Shown here: piece by piece, positions 30,563 through 41,060 of the stretch
How the letters are laid out: each line of letters opens with the position of its first letter
How positions within the stretch are numbered: the stretch's first letter is position 1
Assembly: GCA_022736275.1 (NCBI GenBank)
Contig: DZBJ01000008.1
Span: 33,334 to 97,333, forward strand
DNA length: 64,000 nt
Direction: 5' to 3'
From: Rikenella microfusus
GTDB taxonomy: Bacteria > Bacteroidota > Bacteroidia > Bacteroidales > VadinHA17
Position numbers and translations under genes: made by a program
Notes under the pieces: model-generated
Told to the model about the DNA's origin: nothing
Database searches by the model: none
The model's input: the letters and a program-made list of their open reading frames with translations, nothing else

Positions 30563-32088
30563 TCCGCCAGTTTTGATTCTTCCATATCAGGCATATCCGA
30601 AGGGATTGAAACTGCAAACAGAGCCCCGCCATTGAGTCCGTTTTCAACTTTGACGCTCCCCTTATGAGCTTCAACCAGGCCTCTGACAATGGACAATCCC
30701 AGCCCCAACCCCCCCGACTTCGTTCCATCCACCCTGAAGAACTTATCAAACACATTTGGCAGAACCTCAGGTGGCAACCCGGGACCGCTGTCAGAGACAA
30801 CAAGAATGAAATTGCCGTTCTCGTATGAGGCTTCCAGCCTGATCTCCCCTGAACCTGAAGAGTACTGGCACGAGTTCAGAAGAAGGTTATAAAGCACGTG
30901 CTCCATCAGGCCAAAATCAATTTTAACAAGAGGCATATCCTCGGGAATCACCGTGGTAAGACTGAACTGCTCAAGTTCCAGTTTCAGGTTTTGTGTTACC
31001 TTGTTGACAAGATCATTGACGTCGCACCAGTCGGGCCTCAGAGAAATTTTTCCACTCTCAAGCCGCGACATGTTCAGGAGATTTTCAATCAGGTGGTTAA
31101 GCCGTGCAGATGCCTTGAAGATTTCGCCGTATAACTCCTCCCTGTTTTTGTCTGTTGTCTGTGAGATCAGCAAGGTATCGGAGGCACCCATGATCGTCGC
31201 GATTGGTATCCTGAATTCATGGGAAATAAGGTTGAAGAGAGTGTTGTACAGTCTGTCCGACTCATCAAGGAGGCGGGCTTTCATTGCCAGTTCACCCAGA
31301 AACTCCCGTTCCAGAGCGTTTGAGATCTGGGTGAACCACGTATCCCGGAATGCAATCCTGTTTTTGTAGGCCGCTTCATCAATTCTGAAAGCCACCACTC
31401 CCGGATTCAGCCTGGTTCCGGTTAACGGATGATATGTGAGGCCGGCCTCACCGGACAAACCTGTATGCCGGCCCGCTCTTTCAGAATTTGCAAATACATG
31501 CTCAACAATATTCCTTTCAATCACCGGCAGATCTTTCTCATCCGTGGGGCGCGGGCTAAAGCCGAGCCTGTTGTTGCCGTCCTGAAGAATGTACCAGGAG
31601 TCTGCATTGAAATGTTTCTTAAAATCATTCCTCGCCACTTCCAGCACTTTCTCAATTCCGCTTGCCTTGGAAAGCTCCTCGGTTAGCTGAAAGAGGGCGT
31701 TGGTCTGTATTTCCCTGTCTCTTACCAGCCTCTCCTGCCTGCGGATCCGGTTTGTAAGGATGCCGTTCAGGAGAGCGATGATGAAAAAGGAAATAAACAT
31801 TAACCTGTCTTCGGTCTTCTCAATGTGAAAAGTATGGAATGGCGGAATGAAAAAATAGTTCCATGATATTGCGCTGATTGTCGATGCCAGCAGAACAGGC
31901 CCTATTCCCATGAAAACCGCAAGTAAGGCAACTACAAAGAGAAGTATGAATGAGACGATGTGATAGCTCTGGGGGTTTGAAAGGGGACTGCAGATCAGGG
32001 TTGTAAGTCCGATGATCAGCACGACCAGCAGGTACTGGTAGAATTTAGTTTTGAACGGAAGGTTCAGTCTCCGGCCGGTCTCTTGCAT
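30559..32088 (-). CDS. kdpD: KdpD-like sensor histidine kinase (DUF4118 TM domain, GAF-like, HisKA, HATPase), lacking N-terminal KdpD/Usp domains
   Basis: WNYFFIPP, ISHEFRIP (H-box), NLLLNSCQYS, DSGPG, GLGLGLSI; 4-bp overlap with kdpE. Confidence 0.8.
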   Translation of the reverse strand: MQETGRRLNLPFKTKFYQYLLVVLIIGLTTLICSPLSNPQSYHIVSFILLFVVALLAVFMGIGPVLLASTISAISWNYFFIPPFHTFHIEKTEDRLMFISFFIIALLNGILTNRIRRQERLVRDREIQTNALFQLTEELSKASGIEKVLEVARNDFKKHFNADSWYILQDGNNRLGFSPRPTDEKDLPVIERNIVEHVFANSERAGRHTGLSGEAGLTYHPLTGTRLNPGVVAFRIDEAAYKNRIAFRDTWFTQISNALEREFLGELAMKARLLDESDRLYNTLFNLISHEFRIPIATIMGASDTLLISQTTDKNREELYGEIFKASARLNHLIENLLNMSRLESGKISLRPDWCDVNDLVNKVTQNLKLELEQFSLTTVIPEDMPLVKIDFGLMEHVLYNLLLNSCQYSSGSGEIRLEASYENGNFILVVSDSGPGLPPEVLPNVFDKFFRVDGTKSGGLGLGLSIVRGLVEAHKGSVKVENGLNGGALFAVSIPSDMPDMEESKLAE

Positions 32089-32317
32089 GACTTACCGCTT
32101 TTCAATATGCAAATTTACATTATTAAAGCAGGACGAGCAGGCTCCTCCGGATACAAAGGTGAACCTGCTTTCATAAAGAGTTTGTTAAAATCACCGCAAT
32201 TGTTGCAAAGATTTAATAAAGAACCCGGAGTAACCGGATGGTTAATGTAGTCTGAATGATGCCGGAAGTGATGCCGGAGTCACGGGTATGCCTCTCCCCG
32301 GTGTTGTTTCCCGGGGC

Positions 32318-32940
32318 CTAACTGTAACCCCACTCCTTCATTATCTCAAGGTTCAGGCGGGCACACTCCATCGGGGTCTTTCCCTGGTATGCCTCCTGCT
32401 CGGTTATTATTACCTGTGCCCCACCTGTTTTTTCTATCATTGCCAGCACCTCTCTGACATCTGCCGCCCCTTCACCAATAATTGTGCTCTCAAACCGGCC
32501 TTCCTCACCTGTCCTGACAACATCCTTCAGGTGAACAAATCCAAATCTGCCGGGATAACGGTCTGCTACCTCCCTTGCAACGGCGCCTCCGCCGAATAAA
32601 TTTCCGGTATCCAGCTGCACCACAACAAGATCCGGATCGATGCTCCGCATCATGATGTCAAACAGGCTCTCACCGTTGAACTTCTCGCTGAATTCGAAAT
32701 CGTGATTATGGTACCCGAACTTCATGCCCCGTTTGTTGCACAGTTCACCACATTTATTGTACACATCCATGAAGGTCATGAAATCGTCATAGTTCCTTCT
32801 TATGCTCTCCTCGAGCCATGGCGTTACCACATACTTCTGTCCGCAGGTGGCAGCATCCTCAACAGTATATTTCCACCTTTCCGAAAAATCGACGGCAACT
32901 GCATCCCAGTCGCTTCTTATGAACTCAACATGCCCGGCGG
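32318..32940 (-). pseudogene. 5'-truncated sugar-phosphate isomerase/epimerase (xylose-isomerase-like TIM barrel)
   Basis: WKYTVEDAA, FGYHNHDFEF, QLDTGN, HLKD and EQE motifs present; the ORF-track N-terminus is antisense of the neighbouring gene. Confidence 0.75.
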
Positions 32941-34329
32941 TATCTGGGGTGAATTCAAAAACGCCCTGACATATTATTACGGAGATGAGTCGCGACTGAA
33001 AACCGGATGGGTAAGCAATGTCATGTTTGAACCATCGGCAGGCAACAGGATTTTTTCTGAAATGGCTGCAGCAGAACCGCGGCTGACAGTTTTGCGTAAT
33101 GCACGGGTTGAACAAGTTAAACGCCGCGGAGAGAGATGGCTGATCTCGGTCAGAACCACAGGCGGTATGATCAGATACTCCTCCCCCATCCTTATTGATG
33201 CCACTGAACTGGGAGATATCTCAAAGATGTGTGGTGTGAAATACGATGTCTGAATGGACTCACGGTATGACACGGGAGAGGAGATCGCCCCGGAGAGGGC
33301 AAACAATATCATCCAGGATCTGACATACGTGGCTGTTCTTAAGGATTATGGAAGGGAGGTGCCCATGGCCGCACCGGAAGGTTATGACCCTTCGCTTTTT
33401 GCATGTTCCTGCATCAACCCTGTCTGCCCCGGCGATGAAACTGAAAAGGCGAGGTGGTCATCCGAAGCAATGCTGAATTACGGCAGGCTCCCGAACAACA
33501 AGTACATGATAAACTGGCCTCTGTCAGGGAACGATTATTATGTCAATCTGACAGAGATGGGCACCAGGGAGAGGGAGAAGGCCCTGAAGGATGCAAAACA
33601 AAGGACCCTCCCTTTTGTGTGGTTTATAAGGAATGAGCTGGGGTATTCAAACCTCGCTCCTGCTGATGATGAATTCCCTACTGCTGACAGCCTCCCGTTC
33701 ATACCTTACTATCGCGAATCGAGAAGGATTCACGGTAAGGTGAGATTCACCCTTAACCACATCACGGAACCGTATGATCAGCCTGACAAACTGTACCGTA
33801 CATGCCCTGCTGTCGGAGATTACCCGGTTGATCATCATCACTCAGCCTATACAGGACCAGCCACCCTGCCCGACCTGAGTTTCTATCCTGTACCCTCATT
33901 CGGACTGCCGCTTGGCACACTCATACCTGAAGAGGTTGATGGGCTCATCGTTGCCGAAAAATCTATCTCGGTAACCAACCTTGTCAACGGAGCAACACGA
34001 CTCCGGCCCGTGGTGCTGCAGATCGGCCAGGCAGCCGGGCGTCAGACCTGGAAGGAATTAAAGATATCTGGCCTCTGACAGAGTATGACTTCAGTGAAAC
34101 AGAGCTGAGCGTTCAGCAGGCAGTTGACCTCATTCGTCTCGTTGCCCGTCAGAACAGCATTGAAATCAGTGAGTCAGGTATGGATGAAGCCCTGCTGATG
34201 ATTTTCAGGAATGCGGCTCATGAGATGGACCGCCCTGTGCTCAGGGGTGAGACTGCTCTTCTCATTGACAAGTCACTTGATCCTTTCAATAACCGGGAGG
34301 TGAACCTGAAAGGCGGGTTTGGGAAGTGA
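32927..34329 (+). pseudogene. degraded FAD-dependent oxidoreductase (FAD_oxidored-like)
   Basis: MPGGIWGEF, IDATELGD, PFIPYYRESRR, EKSISV and QIGQAAG; no N-terminal GxGxxG; in-frame TGA at 33251; frame switch near 34040 into a C-terminal segment ending DPFNNREVNLKGGFGK* at 34329. Confidence 0.8.
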
Positions 34330-34352
34330 ACCTTAAAGGCATGTTTGGGAGG

Positions 34353-35348
34353 TTACCCCTTCCCTCCTAACTCCGGGTGTCTTTCGGCCGCCATCATTAC
34401 AATCCGTTTCGCCATCTGACTGTATGAATAACTGGTCATTTCTGCCGCCAGCGCGAAGGTGGTGTCAAAGCTGATGTCATTATTGGGATTGATATCGAGA
34501 AGGTAGAATTCATCACCGCGCAGGCGGAAATCGAATCGGGCATAGTCGAGACATCCGAATCCTTTCCATGCCTCAAGGACTTTCTTGTGCAGCCTGTCAA
34601 GCAGTTTTTCTTCCAGAGGGGCAGGTATCAGGGTTTCGATTTTTTCGTAATGCTCCGAGCCGGGGAGGAACTTGGAATCATATGTACAGAGTCTCTTCCG
34701 GGCTTCGCAGAAAGCCGAAAAATCCATTTCTACCGGGGGTAAGACTTCAGGTGGTTGATTGTTCCATACTGACACGTGAAATTCACGCCCGTCAATGAAA
34801 TCTTCAACCATAGCCGGCTGATTCAGAACATCGTTCACCAGTCTGATCTGCTCCTGAAGGGAAAAGGTATCGAAAACAACCGAGTTTTCGGTGATGGTAA
34901 GACTGCAGTGGTCATGTGCAGGTTTGACAATGGCAGGAAAAAGGTTCCAACCGGCTGCCTCTTCCGGGGTAAGCACCTCTCCGTAAGGTACTCTTATGCC
35001 AATCGACCTGAGAACCTCCTTCACCTTCTTTTTATCATAACTCATTTCTATCACCCCGGGAACATTCCCTGTATAGGTGAACCCGCTGTTTTCAAGGATC
35101 TCCAGGACTCTTATTTCGCTTTTCGGAATGCCCGGCAAGGTTTCGCAGAGGTTAAAAAGAATGGTGTCAGCCGGATTATACTTTGCCAGGATTCTTTCGA
35201 GGTACGGATCGCTAAGCTCCTCAATATATGCCTCAATTCCTTCCTCCTGCAGTGATTCGCACAGCACCTTGTTGGAATCACGTGTAGAGGTGATTTCGTT
35301 TATATCCCAGGCAGGGTCAAGATCGTAAAGGATAATAACCTTCATCAA
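34353..35348 (-). CDS. D-Ala-D-Ala-ligase-like ATP-grasp protein
   Basis: FNLCE, YTG, DKKKVK, IVKP, VEDFIDGREF, YARFDFR, LDINPN. Confidence 0.8.
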   Translation of the reverse strand: MMKVIILYDLDPAWDINEITSTRDSNKVLCESLQEEGIEAYIEELSDPYLERILAKYNPADTILFNLCETLPGIPKSEIRVLEILENSGFTYTGNVPGVIEMSYDKKKVKEVLRSIGIRVPYGEVLTPEEAAGWNLFPAIVKPAHDHCSLTITENSVVFDTFSLQEQIRLVNDVLNQPAMVEDFIDGREFHVSVWNNQPPEVLPPVEMDFSAFCEARKRLCTYDSKFLPGSEHYEKIETLIPAPLEEKLLDRLHKKVLEAWKGFGCLDYARFDFRLRGDEFYLLDINPNNDISFDTTFALAAEMTSYSYSQMAKRIVMMAAERHPELGGKG

Positions 35349-35759
35349 AGAAATGTTTCGCTACTAAACTAAGTTAAATGTTTGAAAAAATTAAGATTTA
35401 AGGGAAAAAACAGCCTCCTTTTTTCAATGAATGAAATGGTTTATCTGACATGCGCCCGCACCTGGGTAACTTTATCGAAAAAACTACTGAAATATCCGGC
35501 CTTATCCCCTAAAAACCGGCCAAATCCGGTCATAATCTCCACATTTTTGGCAATGCTGACCATAAACCCGCACTGAAGAGTCCATGGATTAGCAGGTGGC
35601 TGATTAATACTTACAAAAACATAACAAAATCTTCCTTTATTATAATAATTGTGATCGAATTTATAATTCCGTCAACAGAACATTCGATAAATTGTACTTG
35701 CTAAATAATTGAATTATAGCATAATAGTAATCCATTTCATTAACTTAAACCGTAGATCT

Positions 35760-36422
35760 ATGAAAGCAATTAATTATTTCCTAAGAGGGAGAGGACTATT
35801 AATTCAAATCCCCTTCCTGCTTCTGGCAGTCACTATTGGATGTACAAAACAGGATGCTGCTCCGGAAGTCATTGACGACATGAATTTCAAAAGCCTTGTA
35901 ACTGCAGATGGCACTGTCACCCTTGAGGGTGTTTCAGGCTTTGGTTTTTTCGCTCAGAAAGAAAAAATAGTGTTGGCTGATCCCTATGTAAACTCTTTGC
36001 CTTGTACGGCAGAATTAATATTTGGTGATAAGCAGAGCTTTGTGCTGCACACAAAGGAATACTTTGGTCCGGATTTTATGTACAGGGAAGTATGGTTTAA
36101 CGGAAAGATAACCCCAGGCGGCCAGCTGAAGTTTTCATACCCGATGACATTTACTGAATTTGATTTTGAAACAGGCGATTATGTTGTAAAAACAGTAGGT
36201 ATACTTCCGGAAATGAGGTTGCATACCGGATGCGTTTTTCACGGGCCTGGTATTAACGCTGGCACCCTGAATTTCGTGGGATATTTCGATGGTAACAGAT
36301 TATATGCCGATATGCATATTATAGGCTTGCAGGAAGTTCCTGGACAGATGCCATTTCTTGCAAATATGGTGGATGGACCAATAATGCTGAATTTCCTGTT
36401 TGACCTGGTAGTATCAGATTAA
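35760..36422 (+). CDS. hypothetical lipoprotein
   Basis: ATG at 35760; hydrophobic stretch ending TIGC (lipobox); followed by a terminator. Confidence 0.7.
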   Translation: MKAINYFLRGRGLLIQIPFLLLAVTIGCTKQDAAPEVIDDMNFKSLVTADGTVTLEGVSGFGFFAQKEKIVLADPYVNSLPCTAELIFGDKQSFVLHTKEYFGPDFMYREVWFNGKITPGGQLKFSYPMTFTEFDFETGDYVVKTVGILPEMRLHTGCVFHGPGINAGTLNFVGYFDGNRLYADMHIIGLQEVPGQMPFLANMVDGPIMLNFLFDLVVSD

Positions 36423-36446
36423 CCCCCTAAATCTGATTTTACAGCC

Positions 36447-36479
36447 AGCTCCCGGAAATCACCTCCGGGAGCTTTTTTT
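36447..36479 (+). terminator. intrinsic terminator
   Basis: AGCTCCCGGA-AATCACC-TCCGGGAGCT followed by a T-tract. Confidence 0.85.
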
Positions 36480-36616
36480 ATGTTCAACCGTGAGTTTCAG
36501 CTTTCGTCACCCGATGAAACAACGTCATCAAAATAATTTGCCGGAATGACAATAGTTTAGGATATTTGATATAATGTGTCAGACACGTCGCCGGAAAACA
36601 ACTGAATCTCTGTTAC

Positions 36617-38653
36617 ATGCCAGAACAGCTAAATAGAAATCAAGTCCTGATTGAAAAACTAACAGGAATAATTCTCGCGAACCTGGAAAATGAAAGCTTC
36701 GGGGTTAAGAAACTTGTCCAGGAGTCAGGCTTAAGCCGTTCCAGATTAAGACGCAGCCTGTTTGCGGCGACACAAAAAACCCCGCACCAGTTTATTAATG
36801 AAACACGCTTGATGAAAGCGAGGGAATTCCTTATAAATGAAGATCTGAACGCTTCTGAGGTTGCATACAGGACAGGATTCAGCAGCCCGGCATATTTCAA
36901 TAAATGTTTCCATGAGTTTTTCGGTTTTCCGCCTGGAAAAGTTAAGAAAGGAGACCCGGGGATTCCTTCTGAAAACAGAGTTCCCCAGCCTGTTTCCGAA
37001 CGGAAACAGAAAAGACTATTTACCCAGACATTTAAGTTCCTCAAGGCATGGCTGCCGTTAATGATGGTCATATTCGTCACGGTTGTAGTCATGATATACC
37101 GTTCAGGGTCAGTGGGAAATACACTTGAGGTTCTGAGATCGCCAGACGGAAGAATATCTGTTGCAGTAATGCCATTCAGGAATCTGACCGGTGATACTTC
37201 CCTGAATATATGGCAGGGTCTGATACAGGATAACCTGATCAACTCCTTTTCAAACAACCCTGAGGAATTGAAAGTAAGGCAAACAGAATCAATAAACAGG
37301 TTGCTGGGTAATGAAGAAATACTAAACTATGCTTCGGTTACGCCATCGGCAGCAAAGGAAATTTCCAGAAAACTTGATGCGGATCTATTCGTATATGGAA
37401 GTATACAGCGCGCAGATTCTTCAATAAGGATAAGTGCCCAATTAATTGATTCAAAGACAGAAGAGATAATAAAGACTTTCGAACTGGACGGACATTACAG
37501 AGCCCGGAACTTCATTGCAGCTATTGATTCCCTAAGAAGCATGCTGGCGAATTACCTGGTCATATCTAAACTGGGAATGAATGCCCCACCTTCCCAAAGA
37601 CTCTACGAATCTCCTCATCCTGATGCCTTCAGGTATTACATCCACGGAGATAACGCAATGATGAGAGGTGATTTCTCAACGGCATTAACGCTGTTTTCGA
37701 AGGCCATAGAGATAGACACTACCTTCAGCAGTGCGATGATGGCACTGGTTCTTCAATACCTGAATTTTGCAAGATATTCCGACGCAAGAAACCTGGCTGA
37801 AAAGGTTTATAGAGGACGGGATCAAATGCCTCTGGTTCAGAAGTACCACGCAGACTGGATACATGCCTTTGTATTTGAATCACCCAGGAAAGCCATTTCC
37901 TGCCTGAGGCAGAGTCTTGAAATTGACGACCAGCGGCCCGGTCCATATTATCTGATAGGGATGCATTATAACTCCCTTCTGGAATATGATAAGGCAATCC
38001 CTGAATTTGAAAAGGCCCTGGATTTGTACAAAAAATGGGGTGCTAAACCCGGATATGGATTTTATACATCACTTGGATTTGCCTATCATAAAACCGGACT
38101 GTTTAAAAAGGAAAAGAAACTTTACGGGAGGGCAGAAAAGGATTATCCGGAGAATGCCATTCTGTGTTTCAGGCAGGCTGTACTGGCCTTAAGTATTGGA
38201 GATACCATGACAGCAAACCGGTCTATCGAAAAATATAAATCAATCCGCAAGGATCAGCTATGGACAGATCTGCAGGTCGCAACCAGCCTGGCCGGAATGT
38301 ACAGCCAGGCAAAAAATTACGCAAAGGCAGAGGAATATTACCTGCTGGCGTTATCGCTGGACTCCTTAAATCCCGTAATAATAAATAATCTTGCTGCATT
38401 TTATATTGAAAATGACACGAACATAGATGAGGCTTTGGCAATTGTAAGCAGGGCGTTGCTTTCACATCCTGACAACTATGATTGTCTGGATACCAAAGGC
38501 CGGGGATTATATAAACAGGAAAGATATCAGGAAGCCCTTGAGATCCTGCAAAAGAGCTGGCACATAAGAATGCAAAATGCGATTTATAATCACAGTGCTT
38601 TTCTGCACCTCGCTGAAGCTGAAAAAGCTGTTGCAGGGCAGAAGAGTAATTAA
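36617..38653 (+). CDS. AraC-HTH / TM / TolB-like / TPR one-component transmembrane regulator
   Basis: SEVAYRTGFSSPAYFNKCFHEFFG (AraC); TM LPLMMVIFVTVVVMIY; ISVAVMPFRNLTGD; TPR repeats. Confidence 0.85.
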   Translation: MPEQLNRNQVLIEKLTGIILANLENESFGVKKLVQESGLSRSRLRRSLFAATQKTPHQFINETRLMKAREFLINEDLNASEVAYRTGFSSPAYFNKCFHEFFGFPPGKVKKGDPGIPSENRVPQPVSERKQKRLFTQTFKFLKAWLPLMMVIFVTVVVMIYRSGSVGNTLEVLRSPDGRISVAVMPFRNLTGDTSLNIWQGLIQDNLINSFSNNPEELKVRQTESINRLLGNEEILNYASVTPSAAKEISRKLDADLFVYGSIQRADSSIRISAQLIDSKTEEIIKTFELDGHYRARNFIAAIDSLRSMLANYLVISKLGMNAPPSQRLYESPHPDAFRYYIHGDNAMMRGDFSTALTLFSKAIEIDTTFSSAMMALVLQYLNFARYSDARNLAEKVYRGRDQMPLVQKYHADWIHAFVFESPRKAISCLRQSLEIDDQRPGPYYLIGMHYNSLLEYDKAIPEFEKALDLYKKWGAKPGYGFYTSLGFAYHKTGLFKKEKKLYGRAEKDYPENAILCFRQAVLALSIGDTMTANRSIEKYKSIRKDQLWTDLQVATSLAGMYSQAKNYAKAEEYYLLALSLDSLNPVIINNLAAFYIENDTNIDEALAIVSRALLSHPDNYDCLDTKGRGLYKQERYQEALEILQKSWHIRMQNAIYNHSAFLHLAEAEKAVAGQKSN

Positions 38654-38786
38654 TCACTATACTGGAAAAGCTGATACCCTGTGAAGAGACGCTGCATACA
38701 ATGTCTCCGCCTTAATCAATCAACTTCCCTGACAAATAACCATGTTGTGAAAAGTAATTCCTATTTTGGCACCTCGGAAATAACAC

Positions 38787-39941
38787 ATGGCAGCTCTGAT
38801 CCTTGTACTCTTTTTTCTTCTCTCCCCGCTGCTGATATTGCGTCTCTGTCACAGATACAGCCTGTTAAGTAAAATCGGTGCCGTTGTTGTAGCATATGTG
38901 ATCGGGTTTGTAATTGGCAACCTGGGCTTGTTGCCTCTGATTGACGGTCATGCAAAAGTGCAGGAACTGCTTACAATGCTGACAATTCCCATTGCAATAC
39001 CTCTGCTGTTGTTCTCCATGGATATTAAGAAGTGGTCACATATTGCAGGCAAAACATTTCTTTCCCTGGCGTTTGCCATAGCAGCTGTAATGATAGTTGT
39101 CGTTGCCGGGTTCTTTATTTTCCGGAACCAGGGCATCCAGAATCTCTGGGATGTATCAGCCATGCTGGTGGGCTTGTATATCGGCAGCACGCCAAACCTC
39201 GCAGCAATACATACTGCAATCGGGTCTGATGAGGCAACATATATGACTGTTGTTACCTACGACCTTGTGATCGGAGCCTTTCATCTTCTGTTTGTAATGA
39301 CGATTGCCCAGCGCCTTGTGCTGATGTTTCTTCCGGCATATTCTTACATTGACCCTGCATCAGGCAATCTGGGCAAGGCTGAAGATGAAGATCCCTATTG
39401 GGGACTGCTAAAAAAAGAGACTGTAGTTCCCCTCCTTCAGTCCTTCGGCATCGCTCTCCTGATTTTTGGCATCGGAGGCGCCGCATCACTGTTGTTGCCA
39501 GCGTCATCACAGATGGCCGTTGTTATCCTGATCATTACAACACTGGGCATTGCCGCTTCACTTATCCCTGCCGTAAAGAAGCTGGATAAATCGTTTGAAC
39601 TGGGAATGTATCTGATCCTTGTATTCTGCATGGTCATTGCCTCGAGGGCGAACCTGGGGAGTATTGACCTTGTTGCAATGAAAATAGCTGGTTATGTGGC
39701 ATTCGTTGTCTTCGGATCAATGATTATCCAGGCCCTGTTATCGTGGATATTCAAAATTGACGCCGACACTTACATTATAACATCCACAGCTTTGATAACA
39801 AATCCTGCTGTTGTACTGGCTGTCGCCGCCTCCCTCAGAAACCGTGAGATTATATTTTCCGGACTCTCAGCAGCTATTATAGGTTTGGCTGCAGGCAACT
39901 ATCTGGGAATCTTAACGGCCTGGTTCCTGGAACGCATCTGA
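38787..39941 (+). CDS. DUF819-family multi-pass membrane protein
   Basis: about 10-11 hydrophobic helices; AIPLLLF, YIGSTPNL, GNYLG. Confidence 0.75.
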   Translation: MAALILVLFFLLSPLLILRLCHRYSLLSKIGAVVVAYVIGFVIGNLGLLPLIDGHAKVQELLTMLTIPIAIPLLLFSMDIKKWSHIAGKTFLSLAFAIAAVMIVVVAGFFIFRNQGIQNLWDVSAMLVGLYIGSTPNLAAIHTAIGSDEATYMTVVTYDLVIGAFHLLFVMTIAQRLVLMFLPAYSYIDPASGNLGKAEDEDPYWGLLKKETVVPLLQSFGIALLIFGIGGAASLLLPASSQMAVVILIITTLGIAASLIPAVKKLDKSFELGMYLILVFCMVIASRANLGSIDLVAMKIAGYVAFVVFGSMIIQALLSWIFKIDADTYIITSTALITNPAVVLAVAASLRNREIIFSGLSAAIIGLAAGNYLGILTAWFLERI

Positions 39942-39962
39942 TTGCCGGACCATCGATGGCTC

Positions 39963-41060
39963 TCATATAGTCATTACAATATCCATGAGAACATCTGCAG
40001 GATTCTCTTTCAGTCTTTCAATAAGTCCGGCATCTTTGGCAAAAACATACATCTCGCTTCTGACCGAGATACCAGTAAATTTATTCATGAATCTGAAAAC
40101 AGGATCATTTTCCGGGGCATACAGCATGATAAGAGTATATTCCGATCCCATGCTGATGTTGTTTGCATGCCTGAAGAGGGTGTCTAGGGCTTCAGGACAA
40201 TCATCATGGGCATACAGTACCAGGGAGAGCTGCCGTAGCGGCTCATTGAGCCTTACAGGATGCGGCATCTTCATGAAGTGCGACAGAAAATTCAACAGGC
40301 CTGTCACTACCCTGATACTGAAATTCAGTCTGAGTACCTGGTAACTCTTGTAAGGATGTTCATCCCACAGTGCCGTGACCGCCCTGATCTTGCCGTTTTC
40401 CCGTGCCACCAGGAAATTATCGAGTGATAGTCCGGTAATGGTGTCAAGATAATTTCTGAACCGATCCTCAGTGAGCACCGGTGCAATGGCATATCGCGAG
40501 ACATATTTACGGTACAGCTCTACTATTTCGGGGATGTCCTTATCGCCGGGCTTGTCAATTTTGTATCGTTTGTCAAGCCGCATGGAGCGGACGGGAATAA
40601 TATTGAAGATCCTGTTGGTGCCCAAATGAAGGGCCGGCGGCAGTCCTCCCCTGCCACTGGTAAAGACAAGAGGACTCTTATTGTCTTTCAGGAAGTTTGC
40701 AATGACCATGTCGGCATCTGATTTTCTGACATGATCAACTGCCGCCCTGACAAGTTTGAAGGCTGTCATCCCGCTCCTGTATGCCTTGTCAACCCTCAGG
40801 TCAAGCATATACCCCACCTTGTATGTATCTCCGAGCACTCTGGCCGGGAAGTGAACCACTCCGACCAGTCCGATGACACTTTCATCTTTAAAGGCAACCA
40901 GGTGCCAGGCATCCTTGTCAAGCAGTCGCTGCAGTGTATTGAACCTGGGGGTACGGTTGGTGAAATAGGTGATCATGCCCTCCTGCGGACATTGCTCTGC
41001 CAGGCCAATGATCCTGTCATTGTCCTCATCATCGGCCAGCTGTAAATTAATGGTACTCAT
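39963..41060 (-). CDS. GNAT-family N-acyltransferase (long form)
   Basis: GYMLDLRVDKAYRSG acyl-CoA-binding motif A. Confidence 0.75.
   Translation of the reverse strand: MSTINLQLADDEDNDRIIGLAEQCPQEGMITYFTNRTPRFNTLQRLLDKDAWHLVAFKDESVIGLVGVVHFPARVLGDTYKVGYMLDLRVDKAYRSGMTAFKLVRAAVDHVRKSDADMVIANFLKDNKSPLVFTSGRGGLPPALHLGTNRIFNIIPVRSMRLDKRYKIDKPGDKDIPEIVELYRKYVSRYAIAPVLTEDRFRNYLDTITGLSLDNFLVARENGKIRAVTALWDEHPYKSYQVLRLNFSIRVVTGLLNFLSHFMKMPHPVRLNEPLRQLSLVLYAHDDCPEALDTLFRHANNISMGSEYTLIMLYAPENDPVFRFMNKFTGISVRSEMYVFAKDAGLIERLKENPADVLMDIVMTI

Noticed and set aside
32238-32317. Short direct repeat GATGCCGGA x2 and a CCCCGG...CCGGGG hairpin
   Set aside because: Too short to support more than a possible leftover terminator of the isomerase pseudogene.
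32941-33115. N-terminal extension of ORF 32318..33115, and apparent overlapping genes with ORF 32702..33253
   Set aside because: Each extension is the antisense read-through of the other pseudogene across the junction, not real dual coding.
33251-33253. In-frame TGA joining two oxidoreductase ORFs as possible selenocysteine or recoding
   Set aside because: The context (VKYDV*MDSR) corresponds, from my recollection of homologs, to Gly (GGA to TGA); the gene has other lesions; TGA is a normal stop elsewhere in the window.
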